Source: a virus (taxonomy: Duplodnaviria; Caudoviricetes). From it: a stretch of DNA of 44,429 nucleotides. Shown here piece by piece: positions 17,973-27,330 of this stretch. Location of the stretch: IMG/VR virus record IMGVR_UViG_3300049027_000045, positions 1-44,429 of that record. The stretch is one strand, 5' to 3'. How positions within the stretch are numbered: the first letter of the stretch is position 1; each line of letters opens with the position of its first letter. The notes under the pieces are model-generated. The model did no database searches. It saw only the letters and a list, made by a program, of their open reading frames with translations, and had not been told where the DNA came from. The translations under genes were made by a program, and so were the position numbers.

Positions 17973-18121
17973 GAGCGCCACGGGGGTGCGGTGCGGCTAT
18001 GCCGCACCCTCGCACCGCTCAGCCGTAAGCCGGGGTCGCGTCCGGCAGCACCGAATGAGGCGTCGTGCCCCTCGAAGCGGATGGCGTTTTTAACCCATCA
18101 CCGTCTTTCGAGGACACCACC
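17973..18121 (+). ncRNA. Structured 5' leader of the capsid gene
   Basis: Nested stems gagcg/cgctc, ggtgcg/cgcacc, gtgcggc/gccgcac; hairpins 18029-18046 and 18057-18073; cggatgg/ccatcaccg. Confidence 0.5.
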
Positions 18122-19177
18122 ATGCCCGTCACCCAGGCTCAGTTTGCGAGCGGCGCCAACCGCCAGCTCGAGGTTTACGCCAAGGGTTCGCCCGTCGACC
18201 AGGTCAACACCGACCGCCCGTTCCTGCGCTGGCTCATCGCCAACAAAAAGGACGCGCCGGGCGGCAATCAGTATTTCAACGAAAAGGTCCGAATCTCCAA
18301 CGATTCGAATTATCAGAACTACAGCGGCGACGACCAGGTCACCTACAACCGCCGCGACACGGTGCGCCTGGCCAAGTTCCCGTGGTCCAACTTCCACGAC
18401 GGTTTCGGCGTCAACGAGGACGAGCTCGCGGCCAACGGCATCACGCTGACCGACGACGTCAACGCCACGGTGACGGATGCCGAGCGCATCCAGATCTACA
18501 ACCTGATGACCGAGAACTACGAGGTCCTCAAGGAAGGCGTGCAGGAAAAGTTCAACGAGGAAATGCTGCTGTCGGGCACGCAGGACCCGAAGGCGGCGCA
18601 GGGCCTCGACGCGCTGGTGTCGACCACGCCCACCGTGGGCGTCATCGGCGGCATCGACGCCGCGACCGCGGTGTACTGGCGCAACAACGTCAACCTCAAC
18701 ATCCCGACCACCACGGCCGGCGTGTTGCAGGACGAGATGGAGGAGACGTGGCGCGCCTGCACCAAGTTCGGCAAGATGCGCCCCGACAAGATCCTGGCCG
18801 GCTCGGCGTTTATCGACGCCTACCGCAAGGACCTCAACGCGACCAACGCGCGCCAGATCAACGTCTCGCTGGAAGGTAGCGAGCCGAAGATCGACGGCGG
18901 CACCGGCGACCTGTATTTCAAGAAGGTGCTGGTAGAGTGGGATCCGACGTTCGACACGCTCGATACGCTCTATGGGCCGTTCACGATCCCGTGGACGAAG
19001 CGCTGCTATTTCCTCAATAGCAAGACCATCAAGCTGCGCCCGTTGACCGGCCACTGGATGGTCAACCGCAAGCCGCCGCGTATGTACGATCGTTATGTGC
19101 ACTACTTCGCCATGACGTCGAAGTACCGCCTCACGATCAACAAGCGCAACGCGAACGCGGTGCTGTCGATCGCCTAA
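18122..19177 (+). CDS. Major capsid protein (351 aa)
   Basis: GAGGA RBS; strong codon bias; GLDALVS..P.VG.IGGIDAA...YWRN pattern; position after scaffold. Confidence 0.88.
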   Translation: MPVTQAQFASGANRQLEVYAKGSPVDQVNTDRPFLRWLIANKKDAPGGNQYFNEKVRISNDSNYQNYSGDDQVTYNRRDTVRLAKFPWSNFHDGFGVNEDELAANGITLTDDVNATVTDAERIQIYNLMTENYEVLKEGVQEKFNEEMLLSGTQDPKAAQGLDALVSTTPTVGVIGGIDAATAVYWRNNVNLNIPTTTAGVLQDEMEETWRACTKFGKMRPDKILAGSAFIDAYRKDLNATNARQINVSLEGSEPKIDGGTGDLYFKKVLVEWDPTFDTLDTLYGPFTIPWTKRCYFLNSKTIKLRPLTGHWMVNRKPPRMYDRYVHYFAMTSKYRLTINKRNANAVLSIA

Positions 19178-19190
19178 CCAACGCAACGCG

Positions 19191-19213
19191 GCCGGGGTCG
19201 AGATGACCCCGGC
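19191..19213 (+). other. 9-bp GC hairpin after the capsid stop, no U-tract (mRNA stabiliser or pause)
   Basis: gccggggtc-gagat-gaccccggc. Confidence 0.55.
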
Positions 19214-19229
19214 GGCAGGAGAAAGTGCA

Positions 19230-19583
19230 ATGTCCAAGATCATGCGCAAGGTGCTGGCGAACGCGCTGTCGATCACCGCGACCGGCATCCAGGCCCCCAT
19301 CAAGCTCGACGACACGCCGTTCATGGGCGGCAAGGGCCGCAGCGGTTACCTGGTGCTCCAGGCCGCAGTCGGCGGTTCCGGCTCGATCAAGGTGCAGGGC
19401 CACAACGGCACCACCAACGGCACCGACACGCCGGCCGAAGGTGATTCGGGCTGGTACGACATCGCGACCCTGACCAGCGCCTCGCCGCTGTCCCAGGAGA
19501 TCGAGCTGCCGCTCTACATCCGCACCAACGTGGGTGTGGTCGGCACCGGCACCATCACCGCCTGGCTGGATGGCGTGCAGTAA
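19230..19583 (+). CDS. Putative capsid decoration or virion protein (117 aa)
   Basis: AGGAG RBS; beta-rich; directly after MCP. Confidence 0.6.
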   Translation: MSKIMRKVLANALSITATGIQAPIKLDDTPFMGGKGRSGYLVLQAAVGGSGSIKVQGHNGTTNGTDTPAEGDSGWYDIATLTSASPLSQEIELPLYIRTNVGVVGTGTITAWLDGVQ

Positions 19584-19620
19584 CTTGCACGCCGCCACCC
19601 CGGCCAACTGAGAGACAGCC

Positions 19621-20229
19621 ATGAACGCGAAAGCAAACCAGCAGGAAGCCACCGCCGAGCGCAACCAGGCCGCCGCCGAAGCGGCCGCCCGCGCGCTTGA
19701 GAGTGCGCAGACCGGCCTCGAGGATGACGTCGACGACAGCGAGGAAACCGTCACCCTCACCAGCGTCATCGTGATGATCGAGTTCGACGTGATGAGCAAG
19801 CCCACAAGCCGCGTGTTCGACTACGAGGTGCCGGTGCTGTTCGAGCTCCACGGCGAGGACAAGGTCAGCGTCGTCGAGGCCTCGGCCCAGGAGGTCGAGG
19901 TGCCGGTCGCCGAGATCCACGAAATGTACGACCAGCTCACCCGCAAATACGGCAAGAAGGGCGCCGACGCGGTGCGCATCGTCTACCCGCGCGTTTCCGA
20001 CCTGGCCGACGAGATCGGCGTCGAGATGCGCAAGACGCGCGTGGTGGGCAGCAAGTACACGCAGGACACCCAGCAGTCCGAGCAGCGCGACCATTCGCAG
20101 ACCGCGGCCGCCAAGCCGACCACGCGCGTGGTGCAGCGTCCCAAGACCGTCACCACCGCCAGCGGCCAGCAGGCGCGTGGGCGTGCTGCCACCAAGGCGG
20201 CGCGCAGCTCGAGCAAGGCGAAGCGCTAA
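19621..20229 (+). CDS. Hypothetical protein (202 aa)
   Basis: GAGAG RBS; acidic N-terminus and basic C-terminus. Confidence 0.75.
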   Translation: MNAKANQQEATAERNQAAAEAAARALESAQTGLEDDVDDSEETVTLTSVIVMIEFDVMSKPTSRVFDYEVPVLFELHGEDKVSVVEASAQEVEVPVAEIHEMYDQLTRKYGKKGADAVRIVYPRVSDLADEIGVEMRKTRVVGSKYTQDTQQSEQRDHSQTAAAKPTTRVVQRPKTVTTASGQQARGRAATKAARSSSKAKR

Positions 20230-20254
20230 CCTCTCTCAGCGTTTCCAACCGTGC

Positions 20255-20289
20255 AGCGGCCGGGGTGTCGGACTCCCGGCCGCTTTTTT
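20255..20289 (+). terminator. Rho-independent terminator ending the capsid operon
   Basis: agcggccggg...cccggccgct stem followed by a T6 tract. Confidence 0.85.
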
Positions 20290-20303
20290 AAGGGGTGATC
20301 GCG

Positions 20304-20837
20304 ATGGCCTGGCAGAACATTTTCCAGCTCGGCGAGTGCGACGTGTACGTGCAGTGGCAGGACTACGACAACAGCGGCCTGCCGGGCGCGAGCCGCATTT
20401 GCCTCGCGGCCGACCTGCCCAGCGCGATCGGCACGGTCGAGGTCATCGACAACGAGGTGGTGTGTAACTTCAACTACAACCCGGGCGGGTCCTCGGGCTA
20501 CTACCCCAAGGTCTACGTGGCGCCGAAGTTCGACTACAGCGCGGCCATCGACGCGCGCGTGATCGAGGTGAGCGCCGAGGGTGACCTCATCCCCGACAAC
20601 AGCGCGGACAACTACATCGGCCGAGCGTGCACGCTGTATGAGCTGGACGAGGCGCCGGGCGAGTTCGACAACGATTTCGAGTGTCCGGGCTATGCCCAGG
20701 CGTTCATGGGCACCATCCCGCCGGACGAGAACGGGTTTGTGTACGGCGCCGCGCCGGGGCCGATCCCGCCGCTGGCCGCGCAGGTCCCGGGCGACATCCC
20801 GGTCATCGGCGTGACCTACTACTCTCCGGGGTTCTAA
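20304..20837 (+). CDS. Hypothetical acidic protein, probably virion-associated (177 aa)
   Basis: AAGGGGTGA RBS; strong codon bias. Confidence 0.7.
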   Translation: MAWQNIFQLGECDVYVQWQDYDNSGLPGASRICLAADLPSAIGTVEVIDNEVVCNFNYNPGGSSGYYPKVYVAPKFDYSAAIDARVIEVSAEGDLIPDNSADNYIGRACTLYELDEAPGEFDNDFECPGYAQAFMGTIPPDENGFVYGAAPGPIPPLAAQVPGDIPVIGVTYYSPGF

Positions 20838-20839
20838 GC

Positions 20840-21616
20840 ATGGCCACGACCCTGATTTACCGGTTCGAGCTCGATGCGCCGGTGCCGGTGGCGCCGTCAC
20901 TCAACTGCGAATGCGATGCGGTGCACGCCGACACCGACACGCTGGCCAACCTGCGCACGAAGCTGATGCGCCGCATGGGCATGGGCGCGCAGGTGGCCAA
21001 CCCGCCGCCGGGCGTGCTCGAGCTGTTCAACGACTTCATCATCTCGGCCCAGGACGTCATGTTCCTCAAGGTCGACGAGTTCCGCGGCGAGCGGTTTTTC
21101 CGCTGGCCGCTCGAGGAGGGGCAGCGGTTCTACGACTACCCCGACAACGCCGACACGTGCGTCAAGCGCCTCGACCCCAACAAGATCAAGTGGGTGGGGA
21201 TCCAGTACGACGACGGCCGCGTGGTCGAGCTCATCAACGGCATCAACCCGAGTCTGTACGACCACCAGCCGACGACGCAGCGGCCGTACCGGTACGAGAT
21301 CCGCCAGTGTTTCGAGCTGTTCCCGGCGCCGAACGCCGAGGCCGGCAGCCTGCTGGTGCTCGGCCATTTCGAACGCCAGCCGCTGGTGGTCGACGCCGAC
21401 CGCACTACGATCGACGCGACCGTGGTGTTTAACTTCGCGCTGTTCCTGGCGAAGGCGCACTACAACAAGCCGGACGCGAAGGTCTATGAGGCGCTCGCCT
21501 ACAACCGACTCGGCGACATTTGCGCCGCTGGTCACGCGACCGCGCGCTACATCCCGGGCGACCGCACCGCGCCGCCGCCGCCCGAGCCGGTGATGGCCGG
21601 GGGCTACCTGCCGTGA
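20840..21616 (+). CDS. Head-tail adaptor (tail tubular A-like, 258 aa)
   Basis: TLANLRTKLMRRMG; GQRFYDYP; PYRYE...ELFPAP; AKAHYNKPDA; position. Confidence 0.7.
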   Translation: MATTLIYRFELDAPVPVAPSLNCECDAVHADTDTLANLRTKLMRRMGMGAQVANPPPGVLELFNDFIISAQDVMFLKVDEFRGERFFRWPLEEGQRFYDYPDNADTCVKRLDPNKIKWVGIQYDDGRVVELINGINPSLYDHQPTTQRPYRYEIRQCFELFPAPNAEAGSLLVLGHFERQPLVVDADRTTIDATVVFNFALFLAKAHYNKPDAKVYEALAYNRLGDICAAGHATARYIPGDRTAPPPPEPVMAGGYLP

Positions 21617-22407
21617 GTGGCTACATCACCGGCCGCCCCACCGTCCTTAACGCCGTCGACGCCGGCATTACCCGCCTGCGCAGCAAGGGCGGCGCCAGCC
21701 CGAAATCGCTGTACGACCTGGTCGACGCCTACGTCACCGCCGGCAAGACGATCCTGCCGCGCCCGGGCAGCCGGCGCGTGGCGTCGCTGCCGCCCGGCTC
21801 GATCGGCCTGACCCTGTACGAGGGCGAGTTCCACGTCTACGCCAGCAGCAACATCGGCGCGATGCCGGCCGGCTACCACCTCAACATCCTCATCCACCCG
21901 ACCAATGCCGGCGCGAGCCTCCGGTACATTTGGGCCGCGTTTCCGTACCTCGGCCACCTCTACGTCGTCGCCGAATGGAGCACCGGCGAGGTGTTCCACT
22001 ACTGGCTCGAAAAGCGCGCCGCCTGGCAAGCCAGCACGGTCTATCGCGAGGGCGACATCGTCGAGCCGACCGTGCCCAACGGGTTCGCCTACCAGGCCAC
22101 GCGCATGAACCCGGCCGCGCCGGCGTGGGCGCCGAACGTGCCGCGCGCGCTCAACGATCGCGTGGCGCCGACCACCAGCAACGGCTACGAATACGTCGTC
22201 GTCGACGTGCAGGGGGCGAACCCGAAGTCGGGCGCGGTCGAGCCGACGTGGCCCACCGCGGACGGCGCGCAGGTGATCGAGGACACCGATCTCGGTACCG
22301 CGCCGCCCACCTCCGGCGATGACGGCGATGGCGCGCCGCCGCTGCCGTCCGACGTCGAGGACCGCTACGACAACGCGCCGTGGGGCGTGAGGACCCAGCC
22401 GCGATGA
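21613..22407 (+). CDS. Tail nozzle N-terminal part with carbohydrate-binding-like repeats (264 aa)
   Basis: GITRLR...LYDLVDAYVT.G..ILPRPG; W.A...Y..G..V.PT..NG..Y repeats. Confidence 0.6.
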   Translation: MSGYITGRPTVLNAVDAGITRLRSKGGASPKSLYDLVDAYVTAGKTILPRPGSRRVASLPPGSIGLTLYEGEFHVYASSNIGAMPAGYHLNILIHPTNAGASLRYIWAAFPYLGHLYVVAEWSTGEVFHYWLEKRAAWQASTVYREGDIVEPTVPNGFAYQATRMNPAAPAWAPNVPRALNDRVAPTTSNGYEYVVVDVQGANPKSGAVEPTWPTADGAQVIEDTDLGTAPPTSGDDGDGAPPLPSDVEDRYDNAPWGVRTQPR

Positions 22408-25028
22408 CCACGCCCGTTTGGCAGCCTGGCCGACTGTATCCACCCGGCTCGCTGGTGCAGCCGAGCACGCGGCCGGCGCCGGTGTTCGAGGAGATCCCCA
22501 ACGGATCGTTCGAGGACGGCAGCAACGGGTGGACCCTCGACAGCGCGTTCGCGGTCACCACCGGCGACCATTTCACCGGAACGCATGCGCTCGAGTTCCT
22601 CGGCAGCGCGGGCGGGTTCCACGCTGCGCCGATGGATACCTGGCAGGCGGTGCTGCCGGGCGACACCATCACCGCGCGCTGCCAGGTGCAGCAAGGCGCC
22701 TCGAGCAAGGGCCAGGTCGGCGCCAACATCACGATCTATTTCGTCGACGCCGCGTTCAACCCGGTCAACCCGGCCGCGTGGCCGTCCGGCAACGTGGTCA
22801 ACGACGCCAGCAGCGGCGCGTGGCTGCCGTCGACGGTCAGCGCGGTGGTGCCGGCGGGCGTGGCCTACGCCAAGGTCGCGATCCACGCCAACCGCGTGGC
22901 CAACAACAAGCCGCTATGGATCGACGCGGTCGAATGGGATTACGTGTCGCGCGCGGTGCCGCCCGGGCTGGTGTTTCGCGCCACCCAAGCGACCGCCGGC
23001 TACAGCGGTGCCACCGAGCCGACGTGGCCGAATACCACCGGCGTTCCCGTGGTCGACAACGAGGTCACGTGGGAGGGCGTGTTCACCTCGCGCGTCACCT
23101 GGCAGGCGACCCCGGTGCTGCTGTCGGGTGCGACCGAGCCGGCGTGGGCGGCGCAGGTCGGCGCCAACGTGGCCGATGGCACGATCATTTGGAAAGCGGT
23201 GTCGTTGCGGATCGAGGACCCGAAGTGCCCGAACAGCAAGATCGTCGCCAAGGGCGGCGGCAAGATCTACGTCGGCGACGACGACATCGGCCGCTATAAC
23301 GCCACCGGCAACCCGCGCGATTGGTCGAGCGCCGACGACGCCGGGTTCCTGCCGGTCGGCATGAATCAGAACCGCGGCTCGAACCCGATTTCGTTGATGA
23401 ATCTCTACCGTAAGCACCTGGTAGTGATGACCGCCGATCAGTTCCAGTTGTGGCAAATCGACCCGGACCCGAGCCTCAACGAGCTGCTCGACACCAAAGA
23501 GGGCATCGGCTCGGTCTACCACCTGGCCGCGCAGCCGGTCGGCGACGAGCTGTTCTACCTGTCCAACTTGGGGGTGCGCACGGTCGGCCTGAGCGCCTCG
23601 GCCAACAACATGGCCGCCGGCGACATCGGCATGCCGATCGACCCGCTGGTGCAACAGGCGATGAAGGTGGCGGACGGCAACGCCACGCCGCCGCTCGGCA
23701 CCTACCTGCCGAGCATGGGCCAGTATTGGCTCATGTTCCCTAACTTCCCGCCGCAGGCGCTCGGCCTGTCCGGCGCGATCGTCGACGGCGCAATGGGCGA
23801 CCCGGTCGAGGGGGGTTACACCGCCAGCGGTGGCGTGATGCCGTACGCCTATTCGATCGCCAGCGGCGCGCTGCCTGGCGGCGTCACCCTCAACCCGAGC
23901 ACCGGCGAGCTCGAGGGTTCGTTCACCACCGCCGGCGCGTTCAACTGGACCGTGCGCGTCACCGATTCGCTGGGCGCCACGGTGACCCCGCTGGCTGACA
24001 GCGTGACCGTGGGCGCGGCGGTGCAGATGGTCACCAACCTGCGCCATTACAGCGGCCCGATCGAGGCGATGACGGTGGGGCCGGCCAACATCCCGTGGGC
24101 GGCGGGGGTGGTCATCGACGTGGTCGGCCTGGCGCCGGACGGCGTGCACCTCATCGGCGCCGATGCGGATTCGGCCGCGACGAATCGCGTGCAGTTCCTC
24201 AAGTTCGACGGCACCAGCTGGGTCGCCACGGCGACGCCGGCGGTGCTGCCGGGGTTCGGACCTACCGCGATCGACTGGCACCCGAGCGGCGACTACGTCG
24301 CGCTCGGAATCAACGCCGGCACCACCAACCGCGTGTTCGTGTACCGCCGCGACGGCGACACCTACACCAAGGTCGCGCAGCCGGCGACGATCCAGTCCTC
24401 GCAATCGGTCAAGGTGAAGTGGTCGCCGGACGGCACCAAGCTCGCGTGCAGCAACAGCAACAGCGGCGATAACGTGTGGGTGTATCCGTTCGATGCCGCG
24501 ACCGGCGTGCTGGGCAACGGCAAGGGCGGCGCCGGCCTGAGCGATCAAACCGCCACGCTGGCGTGGCTGCCGGAGCAGTCGCGTTACCTGGTGCGCGGCA
24601 ACATCCAAAGCCTCAGCCTGGTCGACACGGAGGGCGGCGCCTCGCTGGTGACGGTCGACTCGGTCACGCTGCCGGCCAATTACTCGGACGCGAGCACTGG
24701 CGGCGCCTTCATCGACGACCACACGCTGGTGACGGTCGGCGCGGCGCTTAGCACCAACGGCCCGGTCGGGCTGTGGTCGATCAACCCGGCGGACGGCGCC
24801 AACGCCATCACCTTCATCGGCTACCCGACCGACAAGACCACCATCGCCGCCGGCGCCGGCGTGTCGCTGAGCAAGGACCGCCGGTTCCTGGCCATCGCGC
24901 GCAATATCAGCACCCAGGCCACCCCGTATTGCTACGAGGCCGACAACGGCGCCATCGCGCAGTCGACCGTGCTGCCGAGCGGCGCCACCGGCACGATTCA
25001 GTCGGTAAGCTGGCGAGGGGGGTTCTAA
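22404..25028 (+). CDS. Tail protein: CBM-like domain, nozzle core, Ig-like domain and WD40-like propeller (874 aa)
   Basis: NGSFEDG..GW; DPKCPNSK...NPRDWS..DDAGFLP...GQYW; ASGG..PY.YSI.SGALP.GVTL...TG; WHPSG and WSPDG repeats. Confidence 0.7.
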   Translation: MTTPVWQPGRLYPPGSLVQPSTRPAPVFEEIPNGSFEDGSNGWTLDSAFAVTTGDHFTGTHALEFLGSAGGFHAAPMDTWQAVLPGDTITARCQVQQGASSKGQVGANITIYFVDAAFNPVNPAAWPSGNVVNDASSGAWLPSTVSAVVPAGVAYAKVAIHANRVANNKPLWIDAVEWDYVSRAVPPGLVFRATQATAGYSGATEPTWPNTTGVPVVDNEVTWEGVFTSRVTWQATPVLLSGATEPAWAAQVGANVADGTIIWKAVSLRIEDPKCPNSKIVAKGGGKIYVGDDDIGRYNATGNPRDWSSADDAGFLPVGMNQNRGSNPISLMNLYRKHLVVMTADQFQLWQIDPDPSLNELLDTKEGIGSVYHLAAQPVGDELFYLSNLGVRTVGLSASANNMAAGDIGMPIDPLVQQAMKVADGNATPPLGTYLPSMGQYWLMFPNFPPQALGLSGAIVDGAMGDPVEGGYTASGGVMPYAYSIASGALPGGVTLNPSTGELEGSFTTAGAFNWTVRVTDSLGATVTPLADSVTVGAAVQMVTNLRHYSGPIEAMTVGPANIPWAAGVVIDVVGLAPDGVHLIGADADSAATNRVQFLKFDGTSWVATATPAVLPGFGPTAIDWHPSGDYVALGINAGTTNRVFVYRRDGDTYTKVAQPATIQSSQSVKVKWSPDGTKLACSNSNSGDNVWVYPFDAATGVLGNGKGGAGLSDQTATLAWLPEQSRYLVRGNIQSLSLVDTEGGASLVTVDSVTLPANYSDASTGGAFIDDHTLVTVGAALSTNGPVGLWSINPADGANAITFIGYPTDKTTIAAGAGVSLSKDRRFLAIARNISTQATPYCYEADNGAIAQSTVLPSGATGTIQSVSWRGGF

Positions 25029-25519
25029 TGGCGCAGACCACGGTGTTTGCCTACACGCTCAACCAGGTCGGCAAGATCGGCGCCTGGTCGCGTTACTTTT
25101 TTCCGTTCAACGTCGACAGCTTCGCGCAAAAGGGCAACAGCCTGTTCGTGCGCGACGGCGACAGCGTGTTCGAGATCACCAGCGAAGCGGGCACGGTCGA
25201 CTTCGCGGGCGACCCGGACGAGACGCCGTTCGATGGCATCATCCATTGGCCTTTCCTCGATTTCGGATCGCCGGGCCGCGACACCATGCTCGAGGGATTC
25301 GACATCATCGGGTTCGGCCAGGCGACCATCTCGGTCGGCTGGGAGCAAAAGCAAATCGACAACCCGGCGTTCTACACGACGCCGTGGCTGATGCCCGAGG
25401 ACACCCTCACCGGCGATATGATTCCCATGCCGGTGATGGCGCCCACGTTGTCGCTGCGCCTGGTCTACCAGGGCGGCCAGGATTGGGGATTCACCGCGCT
25501 CAACGTCTACACCAGCTGA
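25028..25519 (+). CDS. Tail nozzle C-terminal part (163 aa)
   Basis: VFAYT....IGAWSRY.FP; WPFLDFGSPG; TAATG coupling. Confidence 0.6.
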   Translation: MAQTTVFAYTLNQVGKIGAWSRYFFPFNVDSFAQKGNSLFVRDGDSVFEITSEAGTVDFAGDPDETPFDGIIHWPFLDFGSPGRDTMLEGFDIIGFGQATISVGWEQKQIDNPAFYTTPWLMPEDTLTGDMIPMPVMAPTLSLRLVYQGGQDWGFTALNVYTS

Positions 25520-25526
25520 GGGGGCG

Positions 25527-26054
25527 ATGGTTAAGCACAAGCTCGAGATGCCTGCGAACGCCTGCACCTGCTCGCTAATGGTGCTCGAGTACCTGTGCAA
25601 GCGCATGCGCGCCGACGAGGTCGAGCAGTACGAGGCGCTCACCGGCAAGGTGTTCGACCCCGACGCGGCCGCGGTCGAGCTGTTCCGCAGCGGCCAGATC
25701 CGCTACGCGCTGCACGACGGCAAGGGCACGCCGATCATCGCCGGCGGCTACGACCCGCTCATTCCGGGCGTGTGGCAGAGCTGGATGGTCGGCACCGAGG
25801 ACGGGTGGGCGAAGCATTGGCGCGACATCCACCGCGCGACCAGCTGGATGATCCAGCAAATGATGGACAACGGCGCCCGTCGATTGCAGACGATGGCGCT
25901 GGCCAAGCGCACCGCGGCGTGCGCCTGGTACGAAAAGCTCGGCATGCGGTTCGCCGGCATCGACGCCGAATTCGCCACCACGGGTGAGGACGTGGCGCGC
26001 TTCGAGATCACCAGCAAAATGTGGGAGGCGCGCCGAGATGGGCAGCGGATCTAA
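25527..26054 (+). CDS. GNAT-fold protein (T7 gp13/DUF2833-like)
   Basis: MRADEVEQ..A; GV..SWMVGT; A.AWYEKLGM; typical position before ejection genes. Confidence 0.7.
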   Translation: MVKHKLEMPANACTCSLMVLEYLCKRMRADEVEQYEALTGKVFDPDAAAVELFRSGQIRYALHDGKGTPIIAGGYDPLIPGVWQSWMVGTEDGWAKHWRDIHRATSWMIQQMMDNGARRLQTMALAKRTAACAWYEKLGMRFAGIDAEFATTGEDVARFEITSKMWEARRDGQRI

Positions 26055-26655
26055 CGACGCACAAAAGGCACAAGAGCGCCAGGAGAAAGAGCGCCAGGAC
26101 GCGATTCGCCGCGGCACGGCCGCGGTGAATCAGGCCTACGACAACCCGCAGCGCGAAAAGGACATCGGCGATTTCCTCGCCGCCAACCGGCAGCTGTATT
26201 TCGACGAGCTCAACAAGCAGAACGTCGAGAATACGCGCGGGCTCAAGTTCGCCCTGGCGCGCAACGGCCAGCTCGGTGGCAGCGTGCAGGTCGACGCCGG
26301 CCGCCGCGCCGGCGAGGCCTACCAATCCGGCGTGCTCACCGCCGAGCGTGCCGCCGCCGAGGCGGCCAACAACCTGCGCGCGGCCGACGAGGACAACCGC
26401 CGGTCGCTGCTGGCGATGGTGCAGTCCGGCCTCGATGCGACCACCGCCGGCGCCCGCGCCAATGCCGGCCTGCGCACCAGCCTCGAGGGCGCGCGCGCCG
26501 GCATGAAGGTCGACGCGCTCGGCGACGTGTTCGGCGGGTTCGCCGACCTGTACAAACGCAGCCGCGAAAGCGCGGCCGAACGGCGTGCGCGCAGCGATGC
26601 GCAGGCGCTCTACAACACCGGGCCGATCTACGGCACGGTCGGCGCGAGGGGTTAA
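26038..26655 (+). CDS. Putative internal virion or ejection protein (205 aa)
   Basis: GGAGG RBS; Ala/Gln/Arg-rich helical sequence; position. Confidence 0.65.
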   Translation: MGSGSNDAQKAQERQEKERQDAIRRGTAAVNQAYDNPQREKDIGDFLAANRQLYFDELNKQNVENTRGLKFALARNGQLGGSVQVDAGRRAGEAYQSGVLTAERAAAEAANNLRAADEDNRRSLLAMVQSGLDATTAGARANAGLRTSLEGARAGMKVDALGDVFGGFADLYKRSRESAAERRARSDAQALYNTGPIYGTVGARG

Positions 26656-26658
26656 GCG

Positions 26659-27330
26659 ATGGGCACCGAGATCGCATGGGTTCCGCTGGTCGCCGCGGCC
26701 GTCGCCGGCGCCGGCACCTACTACAACAACCGCAAGGTGGCCAACGAGCAGGACGACCTGCTCGCCGCGCAGATCATGCGCAAGGGCACCAAGCAAAAGG
26801 AGGCCGACGCGCTGGTCAACCAGGCGATCGGCGACGTCGCCAGCTCGACCGGCGAGGGCGAGCGCGGCAGCGCGCTGGCCGGCTACCTCGCGCAGCTGCG
26901 CCAGGCCGGCACCGGAACCGGCCAGCTGCTCGGCATGCCGCTGGGCAGCGAGGAATTCCGCGAGGCCGCCAACGACGCGGCGATCGGCGTGCGCCAGTTC
27001 GGCGAAGGCCGTGCCGGGCTGCTGTCGCGCCTCGATGCGCCTATCCTGCAACGCGAGCGCGAGGCCAAACAGCGCGGCCGCACCGCCGACAAAATCGACC
27101 TCATCAAGCGCGAGGACGCGGGCGACGACGCGACCACCGCGATCAAGCTCAAGGGCGTGCGCGCCAACCCGTGGGTCGAGGCGCTGGCCGCGGCTGCCGG
27201 CGGCTACGCCAGCACGGCCGGCACCGGCACCGGTGGCACCGGCACCACCAGCACGGCCACGCGCAACGGCATCAACGGCGGTACGACGTATGGCCGCTCG
27301 AACCTGTACGGCGGCGGGGTGATGAGCTGA
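26659..27330 (+). CDS. Putative ejection protein (223 aa)
   Basis: Hydrophobic Ala/Gly N-terminus; Gly/Thr-rich C-terminus. Confidence 0.65.
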   Translation: MGTEIAWVPLVAAAVAGAGTYYNNRKVANEQDDLLAAQIMRKGTKQKEADALVNQAIGDVASSTGEGERGSALAGYLAQLRQAGTGTGQLLGMPLGSEEFREAANDAAIGVRQFGEGRAGLLSRLDAPILQREREAKQRGRTADKIDLIKREDAGDDATTAIKLKGVRANPWVEALAAAAGGYASTAGTGTGGTGTTSTATRNGINGGTTYGRSNLYGGGVMS

